Program-made: the position numbers and the translations under genes
Shown: in pieces, positions 40,875 to 50,713 of the stretch
How positions within the stretch are numbered: position 1 is the first letter of the stretch
Layout of the letters: each line of letters starts with the position of its first letter
NCBI GenBank assembly: GCA_963767735.1
Contig: CAVYES010000002.1
Coordinates: forward strand, 160,001-224,000
Direction: 5' to 3'
From: Candidatus Bathyarchaeota archaeon
GTDB lineage: Archaea; Thermoproteota; Bathyarchaeia; Bathyarchaeales; Bathycorpusculaceae
DNA length: 64,000 nucleotides
Notes under the pieces: model-generated
Databases searched by the model: none
What the model was told of the DNA's origin: nothing
The model's input: only the letters and a program-made list of their open reading frames with translations

Positions 40875-42119
40875 CTATTGAGAGATAAATTGAAGCACCG
40901 AATCAAATTGTCCCAAATCACTCATAACATTTTTTATGTCTTTAACGCTTAATGCCTCACGTTTTTTATGCAGTTCACTGATGATTTCGTACACGCAATC
41001 GAAAGCTGTTTTCACGTCTAAATCGTTATTCATGCCCTTCTCGAAAAGAGAAAGGATGGTGCCATTGGTCCCCTCTGTTGTCTTCTCTGCATCGGAATTT
41101 GCTGGTTTTTGATTTTGTAAGTCTTGAACCATGCTTTTAAAGGAGTCCAGTTTTCGGCTAGTTTCAACTAACTTTACGAAGGTGAAGTTTAGCTTTTTTC
41201 TGTATGGTCTATATGTGAGAAAGAACCTTAATTGTTCGCCGCTGAATCCTTTCCCTAAAATATCGCTTGTGTAATACACGTTGCCAGTGCTCTTAGACAT
41301 TTTTTTGCCGTTAATAAAGAGGTGCGCCCCGTGAAGCCAATAACGCGAGAACTGTTTGCCGCTGACAGCTTCTGCAATGGCAAGCGTATAATCGTGGTGT
41401 CTAACTAAATTGTCAATTCCGCCGCAGGCAACATCAATCGTAAAGCCCAGATGCTTAGTTACTATGGCAGCATCCTGAATATTCCACGCTGGCCTACCTC
41501 CTCCAATCGGCGCCACATAGCAAACGGCGTCTTGTTTGCAGCCATCCCAAATAATAAAGTCGCCTCTGTTCCAAGGGGTCCCAGGATACGTGTCCAGATG
41601 GAAGCGGCGCTTCTTTTTTGGCCACTTGCTCATGTCCAAATGCGCCAGTTTTCCAAAACCCTTGAATTTTAGGGGGTCAAAATAAACGTTTTTTGCACCG
41701 TTGTACGTGTACCAGTAGGCGTAGCCCTTCTCTAACAGCTGCACCGTCAATTTTGCTGCTTGGTCTACAGCTGAGGATGCTCTTATCGCGTAGTCTGGAG
41801 TTTTAATTTTTAAGAGCTTGAAGTCCTCGAAGAAGATGATTTCGTTTTTTCTTGTCAGTTCTTCTATGGTGAGGTTTTCTTTTTTTGCCTCTGTTATGGC
41901 TTTGTCTTCTACATCCGTTAAGGTCATTAGGCGGGTAACTTTGTAGCCTAAGTATTCCATGTAGCGTTGAAGCATATCTTCGAAAAGGAAGGTGCGGTAG
42001 TTTCCAATATGCGCTCGCTGATACGTCGATGGACCGCAAGTGTACATTTTAACCTGCATGTCTTCGGCAGGCTCGAATGGCTCAATAGTTCGTGTGAGAG
42101 TATTGTATAAACTCAGCAA
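40875..42119 (-). CDS. Cysteinyl-tRNA synthetase paralog (altered active site, no anticodon domain)
   Basis: LYNTLTR, YTCGP, HIGN, KMSKS and DALR-like MNNDLD are present. GRPAWNIQD and RHHDYT replace GRPGWHIEC and PHHENE. Confidence 0.85.
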   Translation of the reverse strand: MLSLYNTLTRTIEPFEPAEDMQVKMYTCGPSTYQRAHIGNYRTFLFEDMLQRYMEYLGYKVTRLMTLTDVEDKAITEAKKENLTIEELTRKNEIIFFEDFKLLKIKTPDYAIRASSAVDQAAKLTVQLLEKGYAYWYTYNGAKNVYFDPLKFKGFGKLAHLDMSKWPKKKRRFHLDTYPGTPWNRGDFIIWDGCKQDAVCYVAPIGGGRPAWNIQDAAIVTKHLGFTIDVACGGIDNLVRHHDYTLAIAEAVSGKQFSRYWLHGAHLFINGKKMSKSTGNVYYTSDILGKGFSGEQLRFFLTYRPYRKKLNFTFVKLVETSRKLDSFKSMVQDLQNQKPANSDAEKTTEGTNGTILSLFEKGMNNDLDVKTAFDCVYEIISELHKKREALSVKDIKNVMSDLGQFDSVLQFISQ

Positions 42120-42135
42120 TAGATGGCTTCTCCAT

Positions 42136-42612
42136 TTAAGCGGTGACTTGCCCCTCTTTTTCCAGTTCCCTTAGCGTGTTTTTGGCTTCTTCCACATGCT
42201 GTTGAGTTTGAGTTTGGGAATTGAAAATATGCCTGACAATGCCCTTCTTGTCAATTATGTACGTGACTCGACCGGGAACTATGCCCAAGTTTGAGGGAAC
42301 CCCGTATAGCTTGCGGACCTTGTTTCCCTCGTCGCTTAGCAGGATGAAGGGTAAGCTATAATGAGTTGCAAAAGACTTATGCGACTCCACACTTTGCCCA
42401 CTTACCCCAAGCACCTCAGCGCCCAAATTTGTTAGTTCCTCGTAGCTATCTCTGAAACTGCAGGCTTCTCTTACGCAGCCAGTCGTTTCATCTTTAGGAT
42501 AAAAATATAAAACTACATTCTTTTTGCCGAAGAATTCTGAAAGCGTAACATTATCCCCCATTTGAGAGGGAAGCGTGAAATCGGGCGCTTTATCGCCAAC
42601 TTTAACAGACAA
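42136..42612 (-). CDS. bcp: Peroxiredoxin (Bcp/PrxQ)
   Basis: [20 protein letters not shown]. Confidence 0.95.
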   Translation of the reverse strand: MSVKVGDKAPDFTLPSQMGDNVTLSEFFGKKNVVLYFYPKDETTGCVREACSFRDSYEELTNLGAEVLGVSGQSVESHKSFATHYSLPFILLSDEGNKVRKLYGVPSNLGIVPGRVTYIIDKKGIVRHIFNSQTQTQQHVEEAKNTLRELEKEGQVTA

Positions 42613-42859
42613 AAAATCACCGATTAATGAAACGTCAGACAGCTATTATTCTTTTCGCATAAGGTTCCGTTAAGTCTTGAGGTGATTACTCTCAGTGTAT
42701 TAACTGACAATGATGACATACGTTTGGAAAGAAAAAAACCTGATTTGGTTTTCAGCAACCTTTTTATTTAGCAAATAGAAAAATCTGTTTATCAGTGTAG
42801 CCATAAATAGAAGAAATCTGCTAGATAGAGCGAGTCGGTTAATCCTGGAGCGATTAAAA

Positions 42860-43411
42860 ATGGATAAGGGGCAACTCGTAAGTATTTTGGCTGCGGTCAT
42901 TGCTGTTTCAATTTGCCTTAATGCCGTTCTATACTATCAAAATTACAGTATCAATCGGCAAAAGAATGATTTTACCGCTTTTTATAATGAGTTTGGAAAT
43001 GTTTCCCTTCAAAGTATAAGCTACAATTTTTCTCCACCCGTTTCAATGTACCACGCTCTTAAAATCGCGCTGGAAAACGGCGGTTGGAACAGCACTTCAC
43101 TTGAAAACATGACGGTAAAGGTTTCCTTAGGCTACTTCGAATTCTGGAACGATTCTATTATAATAAAAAATCCTTATGATAACACAACCTCAGGACCTGG
43201 TCAAGGTTCCGAATTTTTATATTCAGTTACACATCCAGTTAACGACTACTCAGCTGTTACTGCTAAAAATGCTACTTACACTATGACCTACAGGTACATC
43301 TGGACCATAATGGTCGAGCCGAGTTCAGGCGGTTTTTCCATTCCGCCTCCAGGGCTTTATTGGGTTGACGCCGCAACAGCGGAAATAATCCCGACAGGAC
43401 CGCTATTTTAA
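42860..43411 (+). CDS. Membrane-anchored hypothetical protein (PepSY-like C-terminus)
   Basis: N-terminal TM helix; YIW...YWVDAATAEI. Confidence 0.75.
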   Translation: MDKGQLVSILAAVIAVSICLNAVLYYQNYSINRQKNDFTAFYNEFGNVSLQSISYNFSPPVSMYHALKIALENGGWNSTSLENMTVKVSLGYFEFWNDSIIIKNPYDNTTSGPGQGSEFLYSVTHPVNDYSAVTAKNATYTMTYRYIWTIMVEPSSGGFSIPPPGLYWVDAATAEIIPTGPLF

Positions 43412-43552
43412 CTCTCAAATAAACAGTAGCCAAAGCACAAATTAACTCGCAGCCCGAAGCTACCACCATTTCTCTACTTACATAATCAGCAGAACCCTCA
43501 TCGCATTCACAGTCAGTTAAATGTTATAAGAAACGGAAACTTAGTAGAGGTT

Positions 43553-44158
43553 ATGGAAAAAACATTATCCGCCGCCGGTCATAAATGTCCGGTTTTGTAC
43601 TTCATTGCGCCCGGGGTTCCGGTTGTTTTTTTGCATGGATTATCTTATACTTCGGATATTTGGCAGAGTATTGGGGTAACGGAGCTGTTAATTGAGAAGC
43701 AGGTGCCTTTCTTAGCTTTAGACATGCCTTACGGTTTGAGAAGCAAGTGCCAACCTAAAACCAGAAACCCAGCGGCTAACGTAGCGGTCGTGGCGGAGGC
43801 TATCAAGAGGCTATTCGGTTCTTCAGTGCCTGTTCTTGTCGGCGCCAGTATAGGCGGACACGTAGCGTTACGGTATGCCACTCAGTTTCCTGTAAAAGGC
43901 TTACTTCTGATTTCACCGGGCCGAGCGTTTGAGGAAGATTTATTGAAGTCTTATGGCAATTTTAATTTTCCAGTTAGGATAATTTGGGGTTCACAAGACA
44001 ACCTCATATCAGGCGAAGAAATGAGAACCTTATCAGATAAGCTGCCTAACGCTAAACTCTTAGTCTACTATGGCGCAGCGCATTCAGCGTATAAAGATCA
44101 GCCAGAACTGTTCAAAAAAGACCTCCTCGAACTTTACGCTACGGCTGAGCAAACATGA
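43553..44158 (+). CDS. Alpha/beta hydrolase
   Basis: FLHG, GASIGG, WGSQD, AAH. Confidence 0.92.
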   Translation: MEKTLSAAGHKCPVLYFIAPGVPVVFLHGLSYTSDIWQSIGVTELLIEKQVPFLALDMPYGLRSKCQPKTRNPAANVAVVAEAIKRLFGSSVPVLVGASIGGHVALRYATQFPVKGLLLISPGRAFEEDLLKSYGNFNFPVRIIWGSQDNLISGEEMRTLSDKLPNAKLLVYYGAAHSAYKDQPELFKKDLLELYATAEQT

Positions 44159-44168
44159 TTTTGCTCGA

Positions 44169-44723
44169 TCAAGGTTTTGCGCTAACTACGTAATGGTAGC
44201 TTCCAACATCTTTAATGCCTTCAATTTGGAAGCCTGCATTTTTAATCAAGCTTGACGCATGTTCTTCTGTAAACCTAATTTTGATCGGCGGCCCAAAAGG
44301 CATGTCTTGCTTTTTCCAATCTAAATCAACTAGCCGCCCAGCAGGTTTTATCATCCGTTTCGCGTTTAGCAGCACTTTGGCGGGATCATTAAAATCATGA
44401 AGCACCATGCTAAAGAAAACAAAATCAGCGCATTTGCTACAGAAAACCGTTTCTTCAGCCGCCCCGACTTTAGCAATTATATTTTCTAAGCCTTTTGCTT
44501 TGGCTTTGCGGTTTAGTTTTTCAATTGCCGAAGCGTCTGAGTCCACGGCGTAGACTTTTCCTTTTTCGCCTATCTTTTTGGCTGCTAAAATGCTGAAGAA
44601 GCCGTCACCGCAGCCTATGTCCATGAAAGTCATGGCTAAGTGTAAGTCTTGCAGGATAGCCTCTGGATTATACCAAGAGCGTCGTGTTGCTTCGTCAAGG
44701 GAGAAACCGCCATGGCAGCCCAT
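44169..44723 (-). CDS. Class I SAM-dependent methyltransferase
   Basis: DIGCGDG, VYAVD, VLHD, DW...GPP. Confidence 0.92.
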   Translation of the reverse strand: MGCHGGFSLDEATRRSWYNPEAILQDLHLAMTFMDIGCGDGFFSILAAKKIGEKGKVYAVDSDASAIEKLNRKAKAKGLENIIAKVGAAEETVFCSKCADFVFFSMVLHDFNDPAKVLLNAKRMIKPAGRLVDLDWKKQDMPFGPPIKIRFTEEHASSLIKNAGFQIEGIKDVGSYHYVVSAKP

Positions 44724-44738
44724 GTCTAAGACCGTCGG

Positions 44739-45041
44739 TTATGGCTGAAGCAGTTCTCTTATTTGTTTCTCATGCGTCTGTCGAGTCGTTAGCGTGTATA
44801 TTTCTCGGTCACACTCAAAAAACAATGGATCTTGTCCTATCACTTTTGAGAGTTTCTCGTCCGAATCAACATTCACAATCAGCATGCTGCCTTGCTGCCC
44901 GATAAGATGGTAGTAGACTTCAAGCGTCTTCTCCTTCTCCAATTTATCAAAATACTTGAATTGCAGTGGAAGCAGTTTAGCCCATTTCTCGATGGGAACC
45001 TCACGTTTTACTTTTTGTATGATTAAAAACTTCATGTTCAT
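44739..45041 (-). CDS. Muconolactone-isomerase-like dimeric alpha+beta barrel protein
   Basis: G..G...IVNVDS.E.L...DPLF...IY.L pattern. Confidence 0.65.
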   Translation of the reverse strand: MNMKFLIIQKVKREVPIEKWAKLLPLQFKYFDKLEKEKTLEVYYHLIGQQGSMLIVNVDSDEKLSKVIGQDPLFFECDREIYTLTTRQTHEKQIRELLQP

Positions 45042-45179
45042 CCTTAAAGAAAATATTGCGTGTTAGTATAAAATCTTTCTTTAAAAATAAAGAGTGTAAA
45101 AGCTTTAAATAATTTGATAAACAAAAGTTTTTTTTTTAAAAAAATAAGAAAAAGGTCAGTTAATTCATGGTTGAAGCGC

Positions 45180-45332
45180 TTACTCTTTCTTTTCGTTGTG
45201 CCCCTTCCACATTTCCTGCATCCTCATTGGCCACTTGGACGCTGCATCTTTCGCTAAATCCATCAGCTCTTCGTTTACTTCAACCTCTAATGTTATTTTC
45301 AATTTGCCTTTCTTCTCTGGCATCTCAGTCAT
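45180..45332 (-). CDS. Small hypothetical protein, 50 aa (not in the ORF track)
   Basis: MTEMPEKKGKLKITLEVEVNEELMDLAK...; GGAGGT RBS inside the upstream gene. Confidence 0.75.
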   Translation of the reverse strand: MTEMPEKKGKLKITLEVEVNEELMDLAKDAASKWPMRMQEMWKGHNEKKE

Positions 45333-45627
45333 GGAACCACCTCCTAAACGGGCTTATTTGCTTGGGGAATAAGTTAGCTAGAAGATGAATCGCCTGCATG
45401 CCAGTTAAATCTAGATCGATTACAACACGGTAATGGAACTTGCCTAATCGTTTAGTTTTAGTTTTGTAGTTTCCAATTATGCCCGCTTCCTTGTATCTGT
45501 GCAGCTGTCGATTTAGCGCTATAGTTATGGCTGTCGGCGCTAGCGGTTCAAAAACAAAAGTAACTCTTAACAGAACACGAATTACACTTGTTATAAGAGC
45601 TTCAGATACGGACTCTTCCTCAGTCAT
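45325..45627 (-). CDS. Hypothetical protein
   Basis: 100-aa ORF translationally coupled to the 50-aa ORF. Confidence 0.75.
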   Translation of the reverse strand: MTEEESVSEALITSVIRVLLRVTFVFEPLAPTAITIALNRQLHRYKEAGIIGNYKTKTKRLGKFHYRVVIDLDLTGMQAIHLLANLFPKQISPFRRWFHD

Positions 45628-45761
45628 TTTTCATCCTTCCAAAACATCAAAATCCTTATGTTCGCTCCTGTTAGAAAGAAGCAAAGACTTAATTATAAAC
45701 TAGGGGGCGCGATTTTTTTAAGGTTGTGTGACTGTCATAACCCAACAACAAGGCGACTATT

Positions 45762-46262
45762 TTGGCGCTTGAAGATTTAAACTTGCAAATTTACGGTTGC
45801 AGAAAATGCAGGCTTTGGCAGGGAGCAAAACATGCTGTGCCAGGTGAGGGCCCATTAGACGCGGGGGCTATGCTGGTGGGGCAGAACCCGGGCGCTGACG
45901 AGGATGAAACTGGCAGACCTTTCGTTGGCAGAGCTGGAAAATTCCTGACCAAGGCGTTAGCTGATAATGGCATAAAACGTGAAGACATCTTCATAACTAA
46001 CATTGTTAAGCACGTTTCTCCACAGAACAGAAAACCCTACCCTGACGAGGTCGCGGCATGCTTACCCTACTTAAACATGCAAATAAGCGTTATTAAACCA
46101 AAAATAATCGTGTTGCTTGGTGCGTCAGCAAAGGATACCCCGCGATTGAAGGGCATACGATACGTTGAAGTTATTCATCCTTCAGCAGCCATGCGCTTTA
46201 ATAAAATGAACGCAAAATTCCAGGAACAAATCGCTGACCTATCAAAACAGTTGAATACATAA
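45762..46262 (+). CDS. udg: Uracil-DNA glycosylase family 4
   Basis: CRKC.L, VPGEG, VGQNPG..ED.TGRPFVG.AG, TNIVK, HPS. Confidence 0.92.
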   Translation: MALEDLNLQIYGCRKCRLWQGAKHAVPGEGPLDAGAMLVGQNPGADEDETGRPFVGRAGKFLTKALADNGIKREDIFITNIVKHVSPQNRKPYPDEVAACLPYLNMQISVIKPKIIVLLGASAKDTPRLKGIRYVEVIHPSAAMRFNKMNAKFQEQIADLSKQLNT

Positions 46263-46346
46263 CAATCATGGGGCTTGATGACTATTTACGAATGCATCAG
46301 CACCGCTACTGTAAAACACAAACTGGGAATGAAAAAACTAGAAAAT

Positions 46347-46679
46347 TCAATGTTTATTTGGCAGCAGAGCACTTGACGAGCTGGAAATCATCGAGTAATC
46401 GTAACCGCAATCTATCTTTAATTTATGACTTTTGAGGTACTCTTCAAGTTCCTCTGAACATGGTTCATTCGTTACAGTTGAATCAGTTAAGATTACGTAG
46501 CCCTCTGTCTCCGTATCAAAAACACCCCATTCAATGAACCCTTTGAATATCTTTGGGTGGCACGAAGGAAATTTCTTTGAAAACTCTATAGTCTCGGCAA
46601 AATCCATAGAAAACTGACCATTTATATCTAACTTGGCTCGCGGGATACTTAAAGAATTGTGACTGCAAATAAGATACAA
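46347..46679 (-). CDS. Hypothetical protein
   Basis: 110-aa ORF with plausible composition; start uncertain. Confidence 0.55.
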   Translation of the reverse strand: MYLICSHNSLSIPRAKLDINGQFSMDFAETIEFSKKFPSCHPKIFKGFIEWGVFDTETEGYVILTDSTVTNEPCSEELEEYLKSHKLKIDCGYDYSMISSSSSALLPNKH

Positions 46680-46748
46680 TAACAGACATCAGGCGTCCAA
46701 AAAAAAGAAAAAAGTGCCTGGAGTTTTCAGTGTACTATAATTGGGAAG

Positions 46749-46825
46749 TGGCGCCGTCGAAAGGATTCGGACCTTTGACCGACTGGTTAACAGCCAGCCG
46801 CTCTACCGGGCTGAGCCACGACGGC
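46749..46825 (-). tRNA. tRNA-Asn(GTT), CCA encoded
   Basis: GCCGTCG/CGACGGC acceptor stem; GCTGG-CTGTTAA-CCAGT anticodon arm; G73-CCA. Confidence 0.95.
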
Positions 46826-46895
46826 ACATCATAACGCTTACTGCACTTTTCAGTTCCAATATACTATTTAAGTGTGTCTTTAAGAAAAAAGAAAC

Positions 46896-48377
46896 CTATT
46901 CTATCCGTCGCACTTTGTACTTCGCTAATGCTGAGAAGCCCTTATAGAATTCTTTTGTTACGTGCTGGTACCATTTGTCGGAAAATGATAAATCAATCAG
47001 GTTGTCAACCCAGCGGAAGTCACGTTCGGCGCATTGGATCAAAAGTTTCCTGTGCAATTCATTTAGTTTGGTGTTTGTAAACCAGTCTTCACTTGTCAGA
47101 TGGCCCAGCGGAACAAAGAACAGGGGCACAATGAGGCATCGCATGTCTTTGAGGTCGTCGATTAAATCCATTGTTTTCAGGATGTCTGATTCCTGTTCTT
47201 CAGGTAACCCAACAATTATTGTGCAGGCAGGAGCAAGCATGTTGTCATGCATTGCGCCGAGGCCATCCACGACCACGTCATGCCAGTTATCAGCGCTAAA
47301 TGGGTGTGCCTTGGCGGGCATAATCTTCTTGGCAATCTCTGAAGAACCGGTTTCTATTCCTACTTCTGCACCCCACCATGCTTGATTTTGCAAAATAAGC
47401 TCCGATAACTTGGAAAGAAGCTTGGGGTTTGCTGCTACAGCAGCTAAGGAACAGTGGCTCCAACTTACGCCATTAGCCCTTTTCGTTACGGACTCATGCA
47501 GCTTTACGAGTTTTTCTTCGTTCGGTATTGTATTTTTGGAGCCGTAAAGCATGACATCTTCCGCGTGAAGACACACACCCCGGTAGTTTGCGTCAATGTT
47601 AACGCTTAATTCGCGCTCAATCTTTTCAATCGGAAACCAACGCAAAGGCCTCAACGTAACATTGCAAAATTGGCATCCCCTACAGCAGCCTCTGCCAATT
47701 TCAACCAAACCGTTAACTGAAGGCTTAACAATGTCAGGAATTTCTTCCAAAGTAGGCGCCTCATCAACTCCAGCTTCATAATGACTTGGAATCTGCGCCC
47801 CTTCGATCGCGCCCCTAAAGATTTTTCCAATAATATTTTCTGTTTCCCCTTCGACGATGCAGTCAATACCTAAATCCTTAACGGCTTTCTCTCGATAATG
47901 AAACTGCCATGCGCCAGGTCCACCGACAATAACTTTTAATCCATTTTCCTTAGCTTTTTTAATGGCTGGACTTTTTAGCAAAACTTGAAAGTATTTTGCG
48001 AGGTACGGTTCTTTTTTGAAAAGTGATGCAAGAGTGGTAGATGCAGGTCCTAAACCGAATGGATCCATTGTGTGGACGCCAAGAACTTTTGCATCTTTAA
48101 GGTGGCTGCCTAAATGTTTTGGGCTTACTGTTTCGACGTTGAAGCCATCTTTTAAAAGCTGAGCTTCAATTTTTCTGAGTCCGTAAGGTGCTTGTACTGG
48201 ATGACCCTTTTCTGTTTTTAATTGGGGAAAGAAAAGGTAGCTGTAGAGCCATTCTGGAATAAAGTTTGGAGGGGCACACGTACCGAAACCTAGGAACTCG
48301 TTATTATGATAGTTACTCATTAAAGTCCTATCAGCAGTCAACACTACCTCTGCCAATGCCCGGTCGCCCTTCTTCAT
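46896..48377 (-). CDS. Radical SAM protein with a B12-binding-like N-terminal domain
   Basis: APYGLRKIEA, MDPFG, VGGPGAWQ, RGCCRGCQFC. Confidence 0.92.
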   Translation of the reverse strand: MKKGDRALAEVVLTADRTLMSNYHNNEFLGFGTCAPPNFIPEWLYSYLFFPQLKTEKGHPVQAPYGLRKIEAQLLKDGFNVETVSPKHLGSHLKDAKVLGVHTMDPFGLGPASTTLASLFKKEPYLAKYFQVLLKSPAIKKAKENGLKVIVGGPGAWQFHYREKAVKDLGIDCIVEGETENIIGKIFRGAIEGAQIPSHYEAGVDEAPTLEEIPDIVKPSVNGLVEIGRGCCRGCQFCNVTLRPLRWFPIEKIERELSVNIDANYRGVCLHAEDVMLYGSKNTIPNEEKLVKLHESVTKRANGVSWSHCSLAAVAANPKLLSKLSELILQNQAWWGAEVGIETGSSEIAKKIMPAKAHPFSADNWHDVVVDGLGAMHDNMLAPACTIIVGLPEEQESDILKTMDLIDDLKDMRCLIVPLFFVPLGHLTSEDWFTNTKLNELHRKLLIQCAERDFRWVDNLIDLSFSDKWYQHVTKEFYKGFSALAKYKVRRIE

Positions 48378-48618
48378 TTAAAACCTTTGAATGTTCTTCA
48401 TAAAAGTGCGTGGCAGATATAACTTTATTGCTCACTTGTTTAACCTCAAAATCCAAAAATTTTAATTAACTGAACTTAACAATATCTGTAAGGATAACTT
48501 TGTAAACTTTAAAACGCTTAATTTTTACATTAAATGGGAAATTTGATAGTTTAGGCAGAAAAATATATCAAGGTATTTGACTATTTAATGAGAAAACGCG
48601 TTCGGAGAGAAAGATTGT

Positions 48619-49182
48619 TTGAAAAAAATGATTGAGTTTAGATGGCATGGTAGAGGGGGCCAAGGTGCATGGACAGCCAGCGAGTTACTAGCAAGAACGG
48701 CCCTAGATGAAGGCAAATACATTCAATCGTTCCCTGAATTTGGTCCTGAACGAATGGGTGCGCCCGTTACTGCCTTTACAAGAATAAGTACTGAACCAAT
48801 AAGATTACATTGCGCCATCTACGAACCAGACGTTATCGTCGTTTTAGATAACACCCTGCTGAAAACAGTTCCAGTTACAGCCGGATTAAACGATGACGAA
48901 GATATCCTAATTATTAATTCCTCCGAGGAACCGACTGCCCTAAAGAAAAGCCTTAAGGTGGCAAAAGGCAAGGTGTGGACTGTTCCAGCAACTGAAATTG
49001 CCATAAGAATTTTGGGAGCGCCAATTACCAACACGGCATTGCTAGGCTGTGTCGCTAAGGCAACTGGAATAGTCACGTTAGAAGGCATAGAGAAAACGTT
49101 GAAGGGACGTTTCAGGGCAGATTTGGCCGAGAAAAACTTCGCGATTCTTAAGGAAGCGTATGAGGAGGCAAAATCCGAATGA
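48619..49182 (+). CDS. porC: 2-oxoacid (pyruvate):ferredoxin oxidoreductase gamma subunit
   Basis: RWHGRGGQG, FPEFGPERMGAPV. Confidence 0.95.
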   Translation: MKKMIEFRWHGRGGQGAWTASELLARTALDEGKYIQSFPEFGPERMGAPVTAFTRISTEPIRLHCAIYEPDVIVVLDNTLLKTVPVTAGLNDDEDILIINSSEEPTALKKSLKVAKGKVWTVPATEIAIRILGAPITNTALLGCVAKATGIVTLEGIEKTLKGRFRADLAEKNFAILKEAYEEAKSE

Positions 49183-49460
49183 GTCAAGAAAAAAGTTGGA
49201 AAGAAATCTCTATAGCGGGAGTATGCTCAAAATCCAGCGTTGGATTCATGACTGGAGATTGGAAAACTTACATGCCTATACGAGACCTAGAAAAATGCAC
49301 GCTCTGTTTAACATGCGTAATGTTCTGCCCTGAAGGAGCAATAAAATTGGCCAAAGACAAAGGTCAAATCTGGTTTGATATGAACTTCTGCAAGGGCTGC
49401 GGAATATGCGCGAACGAATGCCCAACTAAAGCGATAACCATGAAACTGGAAAAGGAGTAG
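49179..49460 (+). CDS. porD: 2-oxoacid:ferredoxin oxidoreductase delta subunit
   Basis: TGDWK; two 4Fe-4S motifs including CKGCGICANECP. Confidence 0.95.
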   Translation: MSQEKSWKEISIAGVCSKSSVGFMTGDWKTYMPIRDLEKCTLCLTCVMFCPEGAIKLAKDKGQIWFDMNFCKGCGICANECPTKAITMKLEKE

Positions 49461-49466
49461 AATAAC

Positions 49467-50699
49467 ATGGAAAAACAGGTAAAACAGGAAACTTTGGCTT
49501 TAAACGGAGACGAAGCAGTTGCTTTCGCCGTTAAACAATGCGATGTTGACGTAGTTGCTGCTTACCCAATTACACCTCAAACAATCATTGTTGAAAAATT
49601 CAGCGAATACGTCGCAAACGGGGAGGTCCAAACAGAATATGTTTGCACTGAATCAGAACACAGCGCCATGACTGCCTGTCTTGCCGCTGCAGCCACAGGT
49701 GCAAGAACTTTCACCGCCAGCGCTTCCGCAGGCTTAGCGTTGATGCATGAAATGCTGTTTGTCACGTCTGGTTTTCGGATGCCAGTTGTGATGGCTGTTG
49801 CTAACCGTGCACTGTCTGCACCGCTCAACATCCATGGTGATCACTCTGATAGCATGACTGAGAGAGACAGCGGTTGGATTCACATTTATGTTGAGAACGC
49901 TCAGGAAGCTTACGACTCAATTATTCAAGCTTTCAAGATCGCGGAAGACCTTGGCGTTTCTTTGCCGATCATTGTAGGGTTAGACGGCTTCACGATCAGT
50001 CATACGCTAGAAAGGGTCGATGTGCTCTCAGAAGATGAAGTAAAACAGTACATTGGAGAGCGAAAACTACCAAACGTGCTCACCCAGGAGGGAAAAACGG
50101 TTCCTTTCAAACTTGACCCCGAAAACCCCATGACGATGGGACCAAACGCACTGCAAAACTACTATTTTGAGTTTAAACGCCAACAGGAAGAAGGCATGAA
50201 GAATGCGTTAAAGAAAATACAAGAAGTCAACAGTGAATACACTAAAATCAGCGGCAGAAGTTACGGCAACGGACTAGTAGACGCGTATAAGCTTGAGGAT
50301 GCTGAAGTTGCAGTTGTCTGCATCGGATCAACCGCGGGAACATTAAAGGTGATTGTTGACCAGTTAAGGCAAGAAGGCGTTAAAGCTGGGGTTCTACGAC
50401 TCCGAACGTTTAGGCCATTGCCAGTCGAAGAGCTTCGAAATGCACTAAAAAACGTTAAAGCCATAGCAGTCATGGATAAAAGCATGAGTTTCGGTGGCTT
50501 CGGTGGTCCAGTTTTCAATGAAACCCGACATGTTCTGTACGATGCAGCGACGCGTCCGCTAGTCGTCAATTACATTTTCGGTTTAGGCGGAAGAGACACG
50601 AGCCCACGTGACCTGCGAAGGATCTTCGAAGACTTAGTACAAATCGCTAAAACCGGGGTCGTGGATACGCAAGTGCACTATTATGGAGTAAGGGACTAA
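49467..50699 (+). CDS. porA: 2-oxoacid:ferredoxin oxidoreductase alpha subunit
   Basis: AYPITPQT, ESEHSA, ANRALSAP, GLGGRD. Confidence 0.96.
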   Translation: MEKQVKQETLALNGDEAVAFAVKQCDVDVVAAYPITPQTIIVEKFSEYVANGEVQTEYVCTESEHSAMTACLAAAATGARTFTASASAGLALMHEMLFVTSGFRMPVVMAVANRALSAPLNIHGDHSDSMTERDSGWIHIYVENAQEAYDSIIQAFKIAEDLGVSLPIIVGLDGFTISHTLERVDVLSEDEVKQYIGERKLPNVLTQEGKTVPFKLDPENPMTMGPNALQNYYFEFKRQQEEGMKNALKKIQEVNSEYTKISGRSYGNGLVDAYKLEDAEVAVVCIGSTAGTLKVIVDQLRQEGVKAGVLRLRTFRPLPVEELRNALKNVKAIAVMDKSMSFGGFGGPVFNETRHVLYDAATRPLVVNYIFGLGGRDTSPRDLRRIFEDLVQIAKTGVVDTQVHYYGVRD

Positions 50700-50713
50700 A
50701 GGAGGAAAAATAG

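Noticed and set aside
46749-46825. TCCGAAT instead of TTCGAAT in the tRNA-Asn T-loop
   Set aside because: A single-base deviation in error-prone sequence; the rest of the tRNA is canonical.
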